DNA of 64,000 nt from the NCBI GenBank assembly GCA_964234715.1, contig OZ174279.1. One strand, written 5' to 3'. A program made the translations under genes and the position numbers. The notes below the pieces were generated by a model. That model was not told the DNA's origin and searched no databases. It worked only from the letters and a program-made list of their open reading frames with translations. Origin of the DNA: Podarcis melisellensis (taxonomy: Eukaryota). How positions within the stretch are numbered: the stretch's first letter is position 1; every line of letters starts with the position of its first letter. Shown one piece after another: positions 25,514-37,994 of this stretch.

Positions 25514-25762
25514 CAGTGGTACCTCTGGTGCGAACGGGATCCATTTGGAGGACAGTTCGCAACATGAAAAGAACGCAATCCGCAACAGCGCGCCTGCGGG
25601 TTGCGATTCGCCGCTTCTGCACATGTGCGTGACGTCATTTTGCGCTTCTGCACATGCCTGAGCAGCGAAACCCAGAAGTAACCCTTTCCGGTACTTCCGA
25701 GTTGCCGTGGACGTAACCTGAAAGAACATAACATGAAGCGGACGTAACATGAGGTATGACTG
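25514..25762 (-). mobile_element. pogo/Tigger-like MITE, family B (249 bp)
   Basis: TA-flanked; ends CAGTGGTACCTC and GAGGTATGACTG; internal TGACGTCA 25630-25637. Confidence 0.88.
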
Positions 25763-28205
25763 TACAGTCACACAACAGTATTGGCAGGAAAGGTCCTGTT
25801 ACAAAAGGGAATGGAAAAAATAACCAGAAAATAGCATGAGAGGTTCATAGAGAGCTGACCCTCAGATTAATTTACAACATTCTTTCTCCTTGTCATTGTT
25901 ATCAAGGAAGTGGCTTTCTAGACAATGGAAATGTACCAGAATGGGACCATTTTGATTTTTAGTAAAATATCTGGTAACACAACAAAAATCATTACTTGAG
26001 AGATTAAAATAAAAGAAGTTTTGCTAACAGGCCAAATTTCTAGCAGAAGAGAAAAAACCAGTCAAGTCTCTCAGGGATAGGTCTTTGAGTCTGTTATAGT
26101 CAGTACAGTAATAATATTCTGGGGGAGGAAAGTGGGTTGATGTAATCTGCAGATAACTAGGAGTCCTTGTAACTGCAGTGAAGGATCAGGAAATCATGGT
26201 GTATGAATCAGATGATCTCATGAAACAGAAGAACAAAAAAATTGAATGAAATGCAGTAGCAAAAAGTATAAGGTCATGCATAATTTGTCATGTGCTGGGT
26301 GGGGGGATGTAACAGAGGAAAAAGGTATTGGGGTACTAGTTGTTCATGAGATTAACCCGAGCTTTCAAGTTTGGCTGCAGAGAGGACAACACTGAATTCC
26401 CGATTTCAGCTTTTCTAAGTCAGGACAGAGAACCCTTTATGTGCAAGGCATTGGTGTGGCTGCATTTGGGTTCTTGTATACAGTTTTGGCAATGCTTCAG
26501 CTACTACTAATAGTAATAATGGGATGGACTCAAGCCACAAAAAGTGAACAGAAGGGAAACGAAAATTACAGTAAGCATACAAATTGTTGCTGCTCTCCTT
26601 TATACCTTTTCCAGCTTGAAATTACCCTTTCTGATCAAAATGGGAGCAGGAATCCAGATGTGGCATCTCCAGTGCCTTGTATATATCGGGATCTTTATCC
26701 TTATAAATGATTCACTTAATACAATCTCCTAGTTATCTGTAGAATGAATATATAATTCTCTTCTATGCAAATTTCCTTTTCAAATAAGCTTAACAGGTTG
26801 AGCTCCTTTAACCCATGATATAAAAGATTTTGACTTTGCCCGTTTGGGGCATATATGTTCAGCTGCCTCTGAATATATCATCACCAAACTCAGCATGAGG
26901 GATCCTGAGATGATTTTGGCATGACTTCACCCAATTTTTGGTGTGATGGGTCCAAACTGACAAACTACACTATCCATTAAAAACATTTATTTAACAACAT
27001 TTTTGGGTTTCTAAAAAATCCCAGGCAGTGCCAGGCACTCCCCACTTGTAAAGATATATAACTTAGAACACAAAATAAGGTTGCTATTATTTATGTATTC
27101 ATACTTAGCTAATAAATTAATATACTGCCTGTTAACAATGAAATTCTTCCCAAGGCAGTTTATGGACTATGGTCTGGTTCACATATCACATTAAGCCATA
27201 GTTAAAAAATAAACTATGGTTTAAGGTGAATGAGCCATGTGTTGGTGCACTCTGTTTAAAAGGAGCTGCTGTACTCCTCCTCTGCATCTTCCTGTGATGT
27301 GCCTCAAAGGAAACAAGCTAGAAGTTGACTTCATATCACATGCAAACTGATGCTATTTATACCATGAGCAGAAGAAAAGGTTGTTTACAAAGAATACGGA
27401 TAGATTATTGCACTGTTCCATCAGCAGGGGTCTGCAGTTATTTGACCTTGGTGGCCAACTTGGATTTTATCAGTTTATATGAGAGCAGAATCCTCACTGC
27501 AGTGAAACAGCAGCTTGCAGAGATCCATTGTAGAGCAACGAGCAGTGAAATAAAGCAGAGGACGCAAGTGCTTTGAAGAAGATGAAGCCTCAGTAGAAGC
27601 CTACGCTCAGCTCTGAAGAGCTGACATCAATCTTCCACCTGCCTTCATGATTAATGGAGCTAATAAGAGATCAGGGTGGCATAGCTTAGGGATGGGAAGG
27701 TGAGCATGCTCAGGCAGCAGTTGTTAAATAAACACAGTACCACTGGCACAGATTCCAGAGAATGAGAGACAGGGCATGGGTAAGATGATACAAACTCTGC
27801 AGGTAAGACTTTGCAAGTGTCTTAGTTTCAAAGAGCTCCGTGAACCAGCAAAGAATGCAAACTCTCGCCACAGAAGTCAGTCCAATAAAAAGTATCACTT
27901 TCCATGCTCTGCATCTTACAGTTCCACTGACCAAGTGGAAGCAAATTCATATGAAAGGGCACAGAGCTAGCAAATCTTACTACATCAGGCTGGGTTGCCT
28001 TTGGACCAGAAGCTACAGCAACATTCCGTAGCACAGAGCTGGGAAACCTTTTGCCTTCTCTAGGCACTGTAGGCTACAAGTTCCATCGGCACCTGCCAGC
28101 ATGTCCAGTGGTAAGGGATGATGGGAGTTTTAGGCCAACGACACTGGAAGGCCACAAATCCCTCAGCTCTGCCTTAGAAGCCGGTGCTTGGACTATGCAG
28201 TACAA

Positions 28206-28843
28206 TAACATAAGAAGAGCCCTGCTGGTTCAGGCCAAAGTTCAGGATCCTGTTCTCATAGTGGCCAACCCACAAGCAGGACCTGAGGACAACAGCACTC
28301 TCCTCACCTGAGGCTTCTAGCAACTTGTACTGTATTCAGAAGCATACTGACTCTGACTATGGAGGTAGAATGTATGCACCAGGTTAAGTAGCCACTGATA
28401 GCCTTTTCCTCCACAAATTTGTCTAATCGTCTTTTAAAGCTATCTATGTTGGTAGCCATCACTGTCACTTGTAGGAGCAAATTCTGTAGCTTGGCTATGT
28501 TTTTTGTGAAGAAGCACTTTCTTTTGTCTCTCCCGAATCTCCCAACATTCAGCTTCATTGCATGTCCATTCATTCTAGTGTTATGAGGGATAAATGTTAT
28601 TCCCTATCCACTTTCTCTACACCTTGCATAATTTTATATACCTCTATAACCTCTTGCTTGCCTATTCTCTAACTAAAAAGTTCCAAATGTTGTAACCTTT
28701 TCTCAGAGGGGAGTAGCTCCACCCGCCTTGATCATTTGGGACAACATTTTCTGAACCTTTTCCAACCCTGCAGTATTCTTTTTGAGGTGAGGCAACCAGA
28801 ACTGTACACAGCATTCCAAATAATAATAATAATAATAATAATA

Positions 28844-28882
<39 letters not shown>

Positions 28883-29218
28883 TATACCCCACCCATCTGG
28901 CTGGGCTTCCCCAGCCACTCTGGGTGGCTTCCAAAAAAATATTAAAATACTGTGATACATCAAACATTAAAAGCTTCCCTAAACAGGGCTGCCTTCAGAT
29001 GTCTTCTAAAAGTCTGGTAGTTGTTGTTCTCTTTGACATCTGGTGGGAGGGTATTCTGCAGTATACTGTAGACTTGTATGATGCCATTATGAAACTGGCA
29101 GTTTCATTTTCAGTCCCCCCGTCCCCCCAATGATCCCTAGCATGTGGTTTGCTTTTTTCACAGCTGCTGCACACACTGGGCCATCATCTTCACTGAGCTG
29201 TCCACAATGACCCCAAGG
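28206..29218 (-). mobile_element. CR1 LINE 3' portion, interrupted by an L2-like tail
   Basis: Minus-strand LECCVQFWLPHLKK...LEKVQK is a CR1 ORF2 C-terminal motif; the CR1 3' UTR ends at 28206. Confidence 0.85.
28819..29051 (-). mobile_element. L2-like LINE 3' end with (AAT)n/(ATT)n tail inserted in the CR1
   Basis: Reverse-homologous to 370-520. Confidence 0.7.
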
Positions 29219-32200
29219 GCTGTCTGCCTCCGGTGAGCAGATACAGATAGGAGGCGAGGACTGGGCTCCTGTGCCTCACTAACTTACTTGTGCAGAAAAG
29301 GAATTTTGGCTTGGCATGTTGGGGTGAAAAATTCTGCATCTGCTCAAAGCTGCAACTTTCCTCTTCTACAAAAGACCTGTTAAAGTTGCAAGAGCTTTTG
29401 GACAGGAGAGGATGGCAAGTGTGGTGGGAAGAGTCAAGAACAATCAAGAAACATATATATGTAACAGTAGTAATTTCAGTATATACTGTATGTATCAGTA
29501 GTAATCACAATTACTGTATATATATATATGCATACACACAACCAGAATCAGTATCCACATCTCTCTTCTACATTTCTCCATGACATATTGTTGTGAACAG
29601 GGATTTTCAACTCTGACAAATTTGAAAGATCAGAAAAGAGAAAGATGAGAGTTTGTCTCAAATTAGATCTATTACAAATGAGCAAAAAACAAGCTCAAAG
29701 CTCTGTATACATACTTCAGGTACGTATGTAGGAGGCTTGTTTATTATCATATTTTTATGGGAATTACTCATGTTTTTATGTAGCTGCATTGTTTTGTACT
29801 TTCTGGATGCCCCACAATCATATTATAAAGTAGTTGTGTTCTATGTTACAAAACAAGAACTGCAAGAAGTTGTTTCTCCCCTCCCAATGCATTTCTTTTC
29901 CTTAAAAAAAATTGTGTGGCAGAAGCAAATATTAATTCTGAAAGTATAGCCCCGAGAAAAAAGTTTGCAAACCAATGGCCTGCCCTGATCCTGACAAAGC
30001 ACCCATGCAACGCACAAGGCAGGTTAAGGCTAGCCACAGCACCAAGGAGAGCTCCTAGGGAGCAACCTGCTCCAGCAATGCCTAGAACCAGACTGAAATT
30101 TTTATGCTTTGATGTCTACATCTGTCTTCTCAGGCTCCACCCCTTTATTCTGAAAAGAAAAGCCTTAACATGACAACTCTTTACTCTGAAGCCTAGCACT
30201 CCTCCTCTTCTGCCTCCTCTCTGAGATACCCTCCAGACTCATTGCTGGTGTAAATGGGAAGATGGTGAGTGAGGGCCCCTGATATTGAGGGTGTCAGGGA
30301 GGGATGAGGTTTTGAGGACACAGAGGCTAGAAGTCCTCCTCTCCTCCAAGGACTCCTGGATCAAGGCCCCCCAATCTAATTTGGGGTCATAATGCTGGGC
30401 TCCAGGCTGGCTTCCTAATACCTCTGTTTCTCATGCCACTGGTCCAGCACGTCTGTCAGCCCCCTCCTCATCTAAGTCAAAAACCAAGATCAGACTGCTG
30501 TAGGTGCTGCTCCAGGTTGGGATTTTGACATCCAATTCGGTCACCTGTGCTGATATTGAAGATGCAGCTCAGCAACTGATTCATATTGAAAGCAAGATGA
30601 TGGCACTTGGTTGTGACAATTCTAAGCCTTATTGATTTCACTGGCGGTTAGAGTCACACTCACGGTTTCTGGCTAGTGCTCTTTTAGATCCTTGAAAGGA
30701 CAAAAAGCTTGCTATCTCTTCCTGATACAGTCACTAACATTCTCTGCCCACCTCCTTTGTCCCACACAGGGCTCTGGTGCCTGTATAGAAATGTATTTAA
30801 ATTCTCACAAATGTATAGAACAGTGGCTAATTCTTTTCTCTGTGAGTTGGGTTGCAGTGATGTGGGGTTACCTCCATCAGTTGAATTTTTCCTTATTGCA
30901 CAGCTGTGAAAGACATAGGAGCCCTGCCTCAGGTAGTGGATTTCTCTCAAAGAAAAATAACTACTTGTAAGATCAACGTGTTAGTTTATTTAAATATATG
31001 CAAAATTTAAAAATTCCCATGGGTTTTACACACACACACACACACAAATTTCTTCCGAATGCAGAATGATTACCAGTATATATAATGCACATGCACATAT
31101 ATTTAACCAGATAAGATTCCTTCCTTTTGGCTGATGCTAAGAGGCAATGCAAGGGGATCTGGTGAGTGGCAGGGATTTTTGCTAAAGGCCATTCAACATC
31201 TACAGAGAAGAGGAGGGGCCACTGAGAACAAACTCAGCATGAAAAATGCACCTCAAAGATCAGAAAAGTGTGCTAAAATCTCCTGGCACTTTGAGAGTTC
31301 CTGCAAGTGATAAACTTGGAAGCAGAGCCATTGAAAACCAGATGCCTCCAGCAGGGCTCTTAAGGAGCACATTGAGGATGGGAATAAACACCCTTGAAGC
31401 TCAAAGTCTCTGGGAGTTTATTTGCCACCTGGAGAAAGGAAGGGGCCATGGAGTGGATGTGGACTCAGCCAGTAACAGTAAAGAATTAGAGCTAAATCAG
31501 GCCTGTCCGTTTCACTTGGCACCCAGGGGGCCTTTGTCCTCAGCCTTGCCAATCTATAGAAATATATATGATTATTTATTACATTCATATCCCAACTTTT
31601 ATCCAAGGAGCTCAAGAGAGGATGCATGGTCCTTCCTCAGTCTGTCGTCACAATAGTCCTTTGAGGTAGCTTAGGCTGAGTGTTAGTGACTGGTCAAAGG
31701 TCGTCCAGAGAGCTTTATGGCTATGTGTGCATTTAAGCCCAGATCTCCCAAGTCCTAGTCTAATTACTGTACTACACCCACCAGGTTATGTTTATACTTA
31801 TTTTCCAGAAGCTAACACTGCTCCTTGCTTGCCCATCAGAAGTCGTTTTGCTGTTTGCTTGGAAGATACAAGCATCATAATATGAAGTCTAACCCCTGTT
31901 CCCACGCCTGCTAGAATAACTTCCATAACATTGCTCTTTGCAGAGGTGAGACTTATGTGCAACACTTGTGCACTATGCACATTAAACAGCTTCACTTTCT
32001 CTCTTAGTGAGAAGAATAGTCCACCACCATAAATAATTCCTCCCTGGATGTTGAGTTCTAGATTTGCTTTCTACATGAATAATATTATAATAATAATATA
32101 ATATAATATAATGTAATATGTGTGTGAATCTTTTTCTTCCTCCATTGGGAGCATTCCATCGGATGCACTTCCATATGTAGTCCGAAGTGGTACAGGTGAA

Positions 32201-32758
32201 AAACCACCTTGGTGAGAACTAGGCACAAGCCCTTGAAGAATTATCATTACTTTCTTATTGTGTTATGCGACTGCAGAGATCCAGGGGTCTCCTTCACAAA
32301 TGGCTCCCCCCCCCCACATGCCTTAGGCATGCTATTTCAGTGCACTAGAGATCAACAAAGCACAGATTTCCTTAAGCCAAACTCATCCTGGGTTTTTCTG
32401 TTTGCTGCATGATAGATGTGGGGAACTGTTGGCCATGCCTGGGCTGCACAGTGTACATGGAGGAAGAGGGAATGCTGATTCAGAAAGTACCCATTGCACC
32501 TCACTTCTGTGCACACATATCCACTGATACTGCTTTTTTGTTCTTCTGGCTGTGTGTTAGAAGCAAGAATGGGAAAGCGCCTAATGGGGATTGTGAGAAT
32601 CCCAGATGGCAAACAGTAGAGAGGTATCAGGTGGATTTATCCTTACGAGTGATGGGGTTATAAACACAGCTGAGTCAGCGGTGGGAATGGAAGCCTAACT
32701 CAGTAGATAACCTGCGAGGAAAATGCAAGAGACCAAGCACATATGTAGTTTGTGTTCC

Positions 32759-32778
32759 TTGCCAGCAGAGGGAGCACT
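32759..32778 (+). promoter_or_regulatory. CTCF-binding motif
   Basis: TTGCCAGCAGAGGGAGCACT closely matches the CTCF core CC(A)GCAG(A/G)GGGCGC. Confidence 0.55.
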
Positions 32779-34813
32779 GCATCATTGACAAACACTCATT
32801 ACCAACAGTGAAGCTGGTGACAAACTTGGGATGCAAAAGCTGGCAATTCTAGAGATAGACCCTCAGTAGAAGACAACTGTAAAACCCTTTAGTTCTGTGC
32901 TGGGGACTCTTCAGGTGGAGGCAGAAGGGGTGCAAGAGAGAAGAACCACGACGAAGGAACACTGAGAGCATGGAACCACAATCAATAGCACAGAAAGCCA
33001 ATCCATCAACAGTTCACGCGTATGTGGCTTAAAATAACCTAAAGTGCCCCAGCTCTTCAGAGACCTCCAAGAAGCCATCAAGTTCAAAGATTAATGGGTC
33101 AAAAAGAATGAAAAGAAAAAGGCACAAGCAAACATAGGGGAAAAGGGAAAACATTACCTAAGTAATAATGGAACAAATTAATTATTGTTTTAGGATACTT
33201 TCTTTGAACAGGTTTTTTTTAATTAAGGCATTATATCTCACCTCTTAGCCAAAAAGGCTCTCAGAACTGCTTACAAAAGCCATTCAGTGCTACAAATGAT
33301 TTGCAGTTCCCCCCATCCCATTTTTCAATCACTGATATAATAGTTTATTTCAGTGCCCAGAATAATGAGATAGAAACCAGGGCTGTTAGAAACCAATCTT
33401 CCCTTCAACTCTGCCTCCCCCTACTTTCCCAATATCTCCTCAATTTTATCTTTATCATATCCACCCCATAGTTCTGCAATCGTTTTTTATTAGGGGTGGG
33501 TGAAAAAGTTTGGATTTATAAAAGGTCAATTCCTGGCCCATCTTGCTATGGTTTTTTCCAGACCAGGTGTGTGCCTGTGTGTGTGTGTAGAGGGGGTTTA
33601 ATTTGCAAATGGGAGATATCACAACAGGTGGCTGGCAACATCTTTTTTGTTTGTTTGTTTTACTTCTTGGATTTCCCCTAAGAAGAATATCTAGACTGAA
33701 GGGGGGGAGGGCAGGACTATGGACTAGCGTTTAGTTGTCAATGACATCATGTGGCTGCTGCAAAAAGGTTGTGTGCATGATAAATACCCTAAGAGTGTTT
33801 CCTGACCTGATTATTGAGCATCTTGATTTGTCTGCAGGGAGTTTAGAAAACATTGGCTATTTGCCAATGACTGAATGGGCAATCATTCTGTTTTGTTTGT
33901 TTTTAACGATGTTGCATCCAAACAAGTTGCACCCCACTCCCAGTGCATTTCTCTGTCACTTCCCTTATTACAAAAAGCATGATCTTTGGGGGAAATGGGT
34001 TTGTTGTGCAGGAGCTCACTTGCAAATGTGCAACCTGAATTTGCCAGCATATGACTGAATCCCACTCAAAAATTGTGGCAGCCTGGAAGCGCTGAGTCAA
34101 ACTTAAACTCAATTTTAAAATGATAAATGAAACAGACAGACAGACAGGTGTGCGTGTTGGCTACCTGGATACTCAGGCTTGCCTCCAGTGTCTTAAGCCA
34201 GGTGTTCGCTTTGTCTCTTCAGCCACGAACCTAGAAAATTTCTCTTCCCATTGCAAACTAATAGGGCACAGTTCTGGAGTGGCTTCATTTCAGAGATCAT
34301 ATTTCAATCTATTTTGCCTTTTCTCCCCCTCTTCCCCTCCATAAAACAAGCACAGGGGTTGATCAAATTTCAAATGAAGAATTTCTGTTGTAAAATGACA
34401 CACCAAGTTTCGTTATGATATCCCAGTGCTTAAGGGAAATATTGCATTACTGTGTGTTTTACATATTTCCTGGCCTTCTTGAAAATGGACACAGAGCTTG
34501 TACTTGATCATGACATTAACATGCCCATCAAATTTCATTCCTGTGTCTCAATCTTTGAAGCAATATATTTTGCATTACTCACTACACATTGATGTTTAAA
34601 CTGGAAACATGTGTCTGAGTAACCAGATTATTGGGGATGTTATTGATGTGATATCTCCCGCACCCCATGTTTTTGATATTTTTCTTGGAAATTGTATGAT
34701 ATGATATGTTGTTACAACTTGGCCTTCACTGACTTTAAAATTTAGCATAACAAGATGTGTATACACGCATAGAGGGCAGTTCTGCCATTTGTCACACTGG
34801 TGGTATCTGTATG

Positions 34814-35004
34814 GGAACAAAGGAAGCTGTCTTATATTGCATCAGACCATTGGTCCGCTAGCTCAGTCTCCAGTTACTGGTGGTGACTATTCACAGTTTC
34901 AGCCCAGAAATTTTTCCCAGCCCTACCTGGATATGCTGGGGCTTGAACGTGGGACCTTCTGCATGCAAAGTGGATGTTCTTCCCATGAGCTACAACTCTT
35001 CTCC
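34814..35004 (-). mobile_element. tRNA-derived SINE (Squam3-like)
   Basis: Reverse complement of the 5608-5784 family. Confidence 0.75.
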
Positions 35005-36039
35005 TTGTGTTCATTCACCCTCTGAATGAGTTTCAATGAAGAGATCCAATGTTTGGATGTTCATAATGTTTCTATTAATGTTTACCTGCCATGAGCAAGC
35101 TCTAGCCAGTAGGCATGGATACAGAGGCAGTTTAAATGGAGATTGCTGGATCTCTGCATAATCCCGACTATTTGATCCTGAAAGGTACAGCCAGATACCT
35201 TCTGCTTCTGAGAGGCTGCAGTGGAGGCTACATCAGAGTTTTCTGAGAAGAAGAGACATCTCCTTATGACCAAGCTCAGCCATCTCTGAAATGGGGAGAG
35301 CATAGGCTTTGGAACCTGTGGCCTTCCAATTGTGGTTGGCTACAACTCCCATCCTCCTTGACCATTGACTCTGCTGGCTAGGGCATCCAACATCTGGAGG
35401 ATCACAGGCTCCCCATCCCTATGCAAGAGTCTAGGACCATGCAGCAATTTGGGGAGGACAAGACCAGTCTGTGTCTGAAACAAGCAAATGTTGACAGTCT
35501 TTGGGTAGCCTAGATATAAATACTGGAAAAGTAGGGCTGTCCCCCGATTTAAGTTTTTAATTTTTAATTTTTAAATCAAGTACTTTCCTTTAATTAACAG
35601 TCAAGATCAGCATCCTCATGTCTAAATACAAATTATATTTTGATAGTTTGTAGAGACAATGTTTCCTTTTTGTATACATAGTACAAAGAAATCACTTGTT
35701 ATCTGGAAGATAACTTAGCCAGTTTACTTTGATCCAGATATCTTTTGTGGGTCCAAAATGTACAGGTGGAATTCCTGTATTCATTAAGGGAAGCAGCAGC
35801 TCTACACATGCCAAAGAATGCATGTGGAAAGCTGCCCCTCCATAGAAGTGAATGGTGAAGCCTTTTGGGTGGAAAATATTGTGACCACATCAAAGAGCTC
35901 TTTGCAGTGGGCTGCTGGATCAAGATCATGACATTTGTATTTTTAGTTAAAGCATGGTGTTTTCTATCAGACAATAATCACCAAACTTCCTTTACAGAAT
36001 ACAAACTTTTCAAAAAATAGCCTGAAGTTAATGAATTAA

Positions 36040-36660
36040 TAGAACCATTTGCTGGTGAATTGTGTAATGCTTTCAGTCATTATTATGAGGGTGTGAAACT
36101 CAGCCAGGCAGTATGGAAAGCAGCAGACGGATGATTTCCCAACCTGACTTTTGAAAGGGAGGTTCAGTTTCTTCAAGATAAGATGAGCTGAAGTGAGCTG
36201 GGATGCCTCGCTAAACCCCTTGAGTCCATCACTGTGATAACAGCTGTTGTGCTGGAAATCCAATGCCAATGAAAGAGTTAAATGCTGGCCGATGGGCAAT
36301 ATCAGTGACATGCCTCTGAATTGAGCATGCTCCCGGAGTGAGACTGTGGACTGGTGTTCCTCAATGAATAGGGGCCACTCCAAGGGAGTTTTCTCTTGAA
36401 TAGAATGGGGTCAGGGAGCCGCTTTGGGGAACAATGGTTACCACCGGCAAGCTGAATTTCTTACAATCACACACCATACCCCCTGATCAAATAGCTCCTT
36501 TGTCAGCCTGATATAAAAACATGTCATACAATGATGATCTGGAAGAATGACATGGGCTCGCCTTTCATGGAGATCAGAAGGGCTTGTTGTGCACAAAAGG
36601 GAGCCCCCGTCAGAGTCAAGAAAGGGGGAAAAGAAACGGAGAATAAAAGGGGAGCGAATG
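36040..36660. promoter_or_regulatory. Candidate conserved non-coding element / enhancer
   Basis: ~600 bp repeat-free, complex sequence with retained CpGs; T-box-like GGGTGTGAAA 36089-36098, Sox AACAATGG 36430-36437. Confidence 0.4.
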
Positions 36661-37994
36661 GAAACAAACAGTAACAGCAACTGCAACAACAACAACAGAA
36701 GAAGAAGAAGGGAGCGAGCTGGGAAAGCCGGGCCTGGTTTTTGCTTGCAAGGTGCTCTGGAGGATTGGGGGGGGGGGAGCAAGCAGCAAAATCCCACCAA
36801 AACTGCTGTGATGTAAACAGGGGATTCCAATTGCCCTGTCACTGGGATCCCATTGTCATTCTGCACTGGGACAGAAGGAATTGCTAGATGGGAAAAGGTC
36901 AGCAGCAGCCCCCCATCCAAAAAGCAACCCCACCCTGCTCACAACCTTATTTTTAAACTCTGGATGTTCCCACCTCTAAGAATAATCAGCATTCAGAGAG
37001 CAATGATAAAGAAAATACAAGGAAGTGGAGATAGTCATATAAAGAAGACTGGGCGAAAATATTCCAATATTTCAAAGGCTGATATTCCATAGAAGTGGGA
37101 GAGGTTAAACATTAGGAAAAACTGCTGAATGGAAATGCTTAGATATATTTTGGGGATCTAGGGTACCTATTGACAGGATGGGGTTTGGACTATATGAGCC
37201 TACTGCTTGCAGGTGTCTGCTCTCTCTACAGAATTATGTAAGGAGCTTTGTGTCTGTTTGTAACTCTGTTTGGTGGAGTCCCACTTCTTCCTGCACCCAC
37301 ACTTTTGTGCACGCCATACACTGAAAGCACATTTCCTGCTCCCAAAGCTTCCTGGGAATTGTAGCTTACACCTCATAGAGATACAATCCCCAGCCCCATC
37401 ATCCAACTAGTTTCCAGGATTCTTTGGGGAGGTGTGCTTTGGATGTGCTTCAAATGGATGTTAGAGCGGTTCATGTTTCCCATAAGGCAGGTGGCTGCTC
37501 CTCTTTTGTGGAACAGCATCCCTGGTGAGATAAGACAGCCACCCACTATTTATAGTATGTAGAAACAATAGAAGATATTTTTTATTTCAACAAGCTTTTC
37601 TAGCAGGATGAAAAGAGAGAGAGAGAGAGATAAAGAGAGAGATATCTTCACTAAACAGGTAAGACACACACACACACACGCCTTGGATGCTTATTTGTAT
37701 TATTTAAAAACCTGCCTTTAGTTGTTTTCTGTATTGTTTTAATACTTATTTTTAGTTGTTTTTATTGTAAATCCCATTGGAATTGCAATTCAATAACAAT
37801 GGCAACAATAGTAATTCACATTTCTTACATGCTTTCCCTTCTACATCCTAACCTCATAGACAACCTAATGTATTCTGGCCCCTGAAACAGATTACCCCAG
37901 TGGTTCCCTTCTGTTTCCCCTTTCCACTCCAGCTTAGTGGTAAAACTTTGATCATAAACCAATAATTGACCATTTGTTGCCTTTTAATGGTACA

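Noticed and set aside
28703-28963. Poly-N/poly-Y/poly-I ORFs
   Set aside because: Microsatellite and LINE remnants.
36438-36920. 160-aa ORF with poly-Leu
   Set aside because: Produced by (AAC)/(AGA) low-complexity runs; no splice or homology support.
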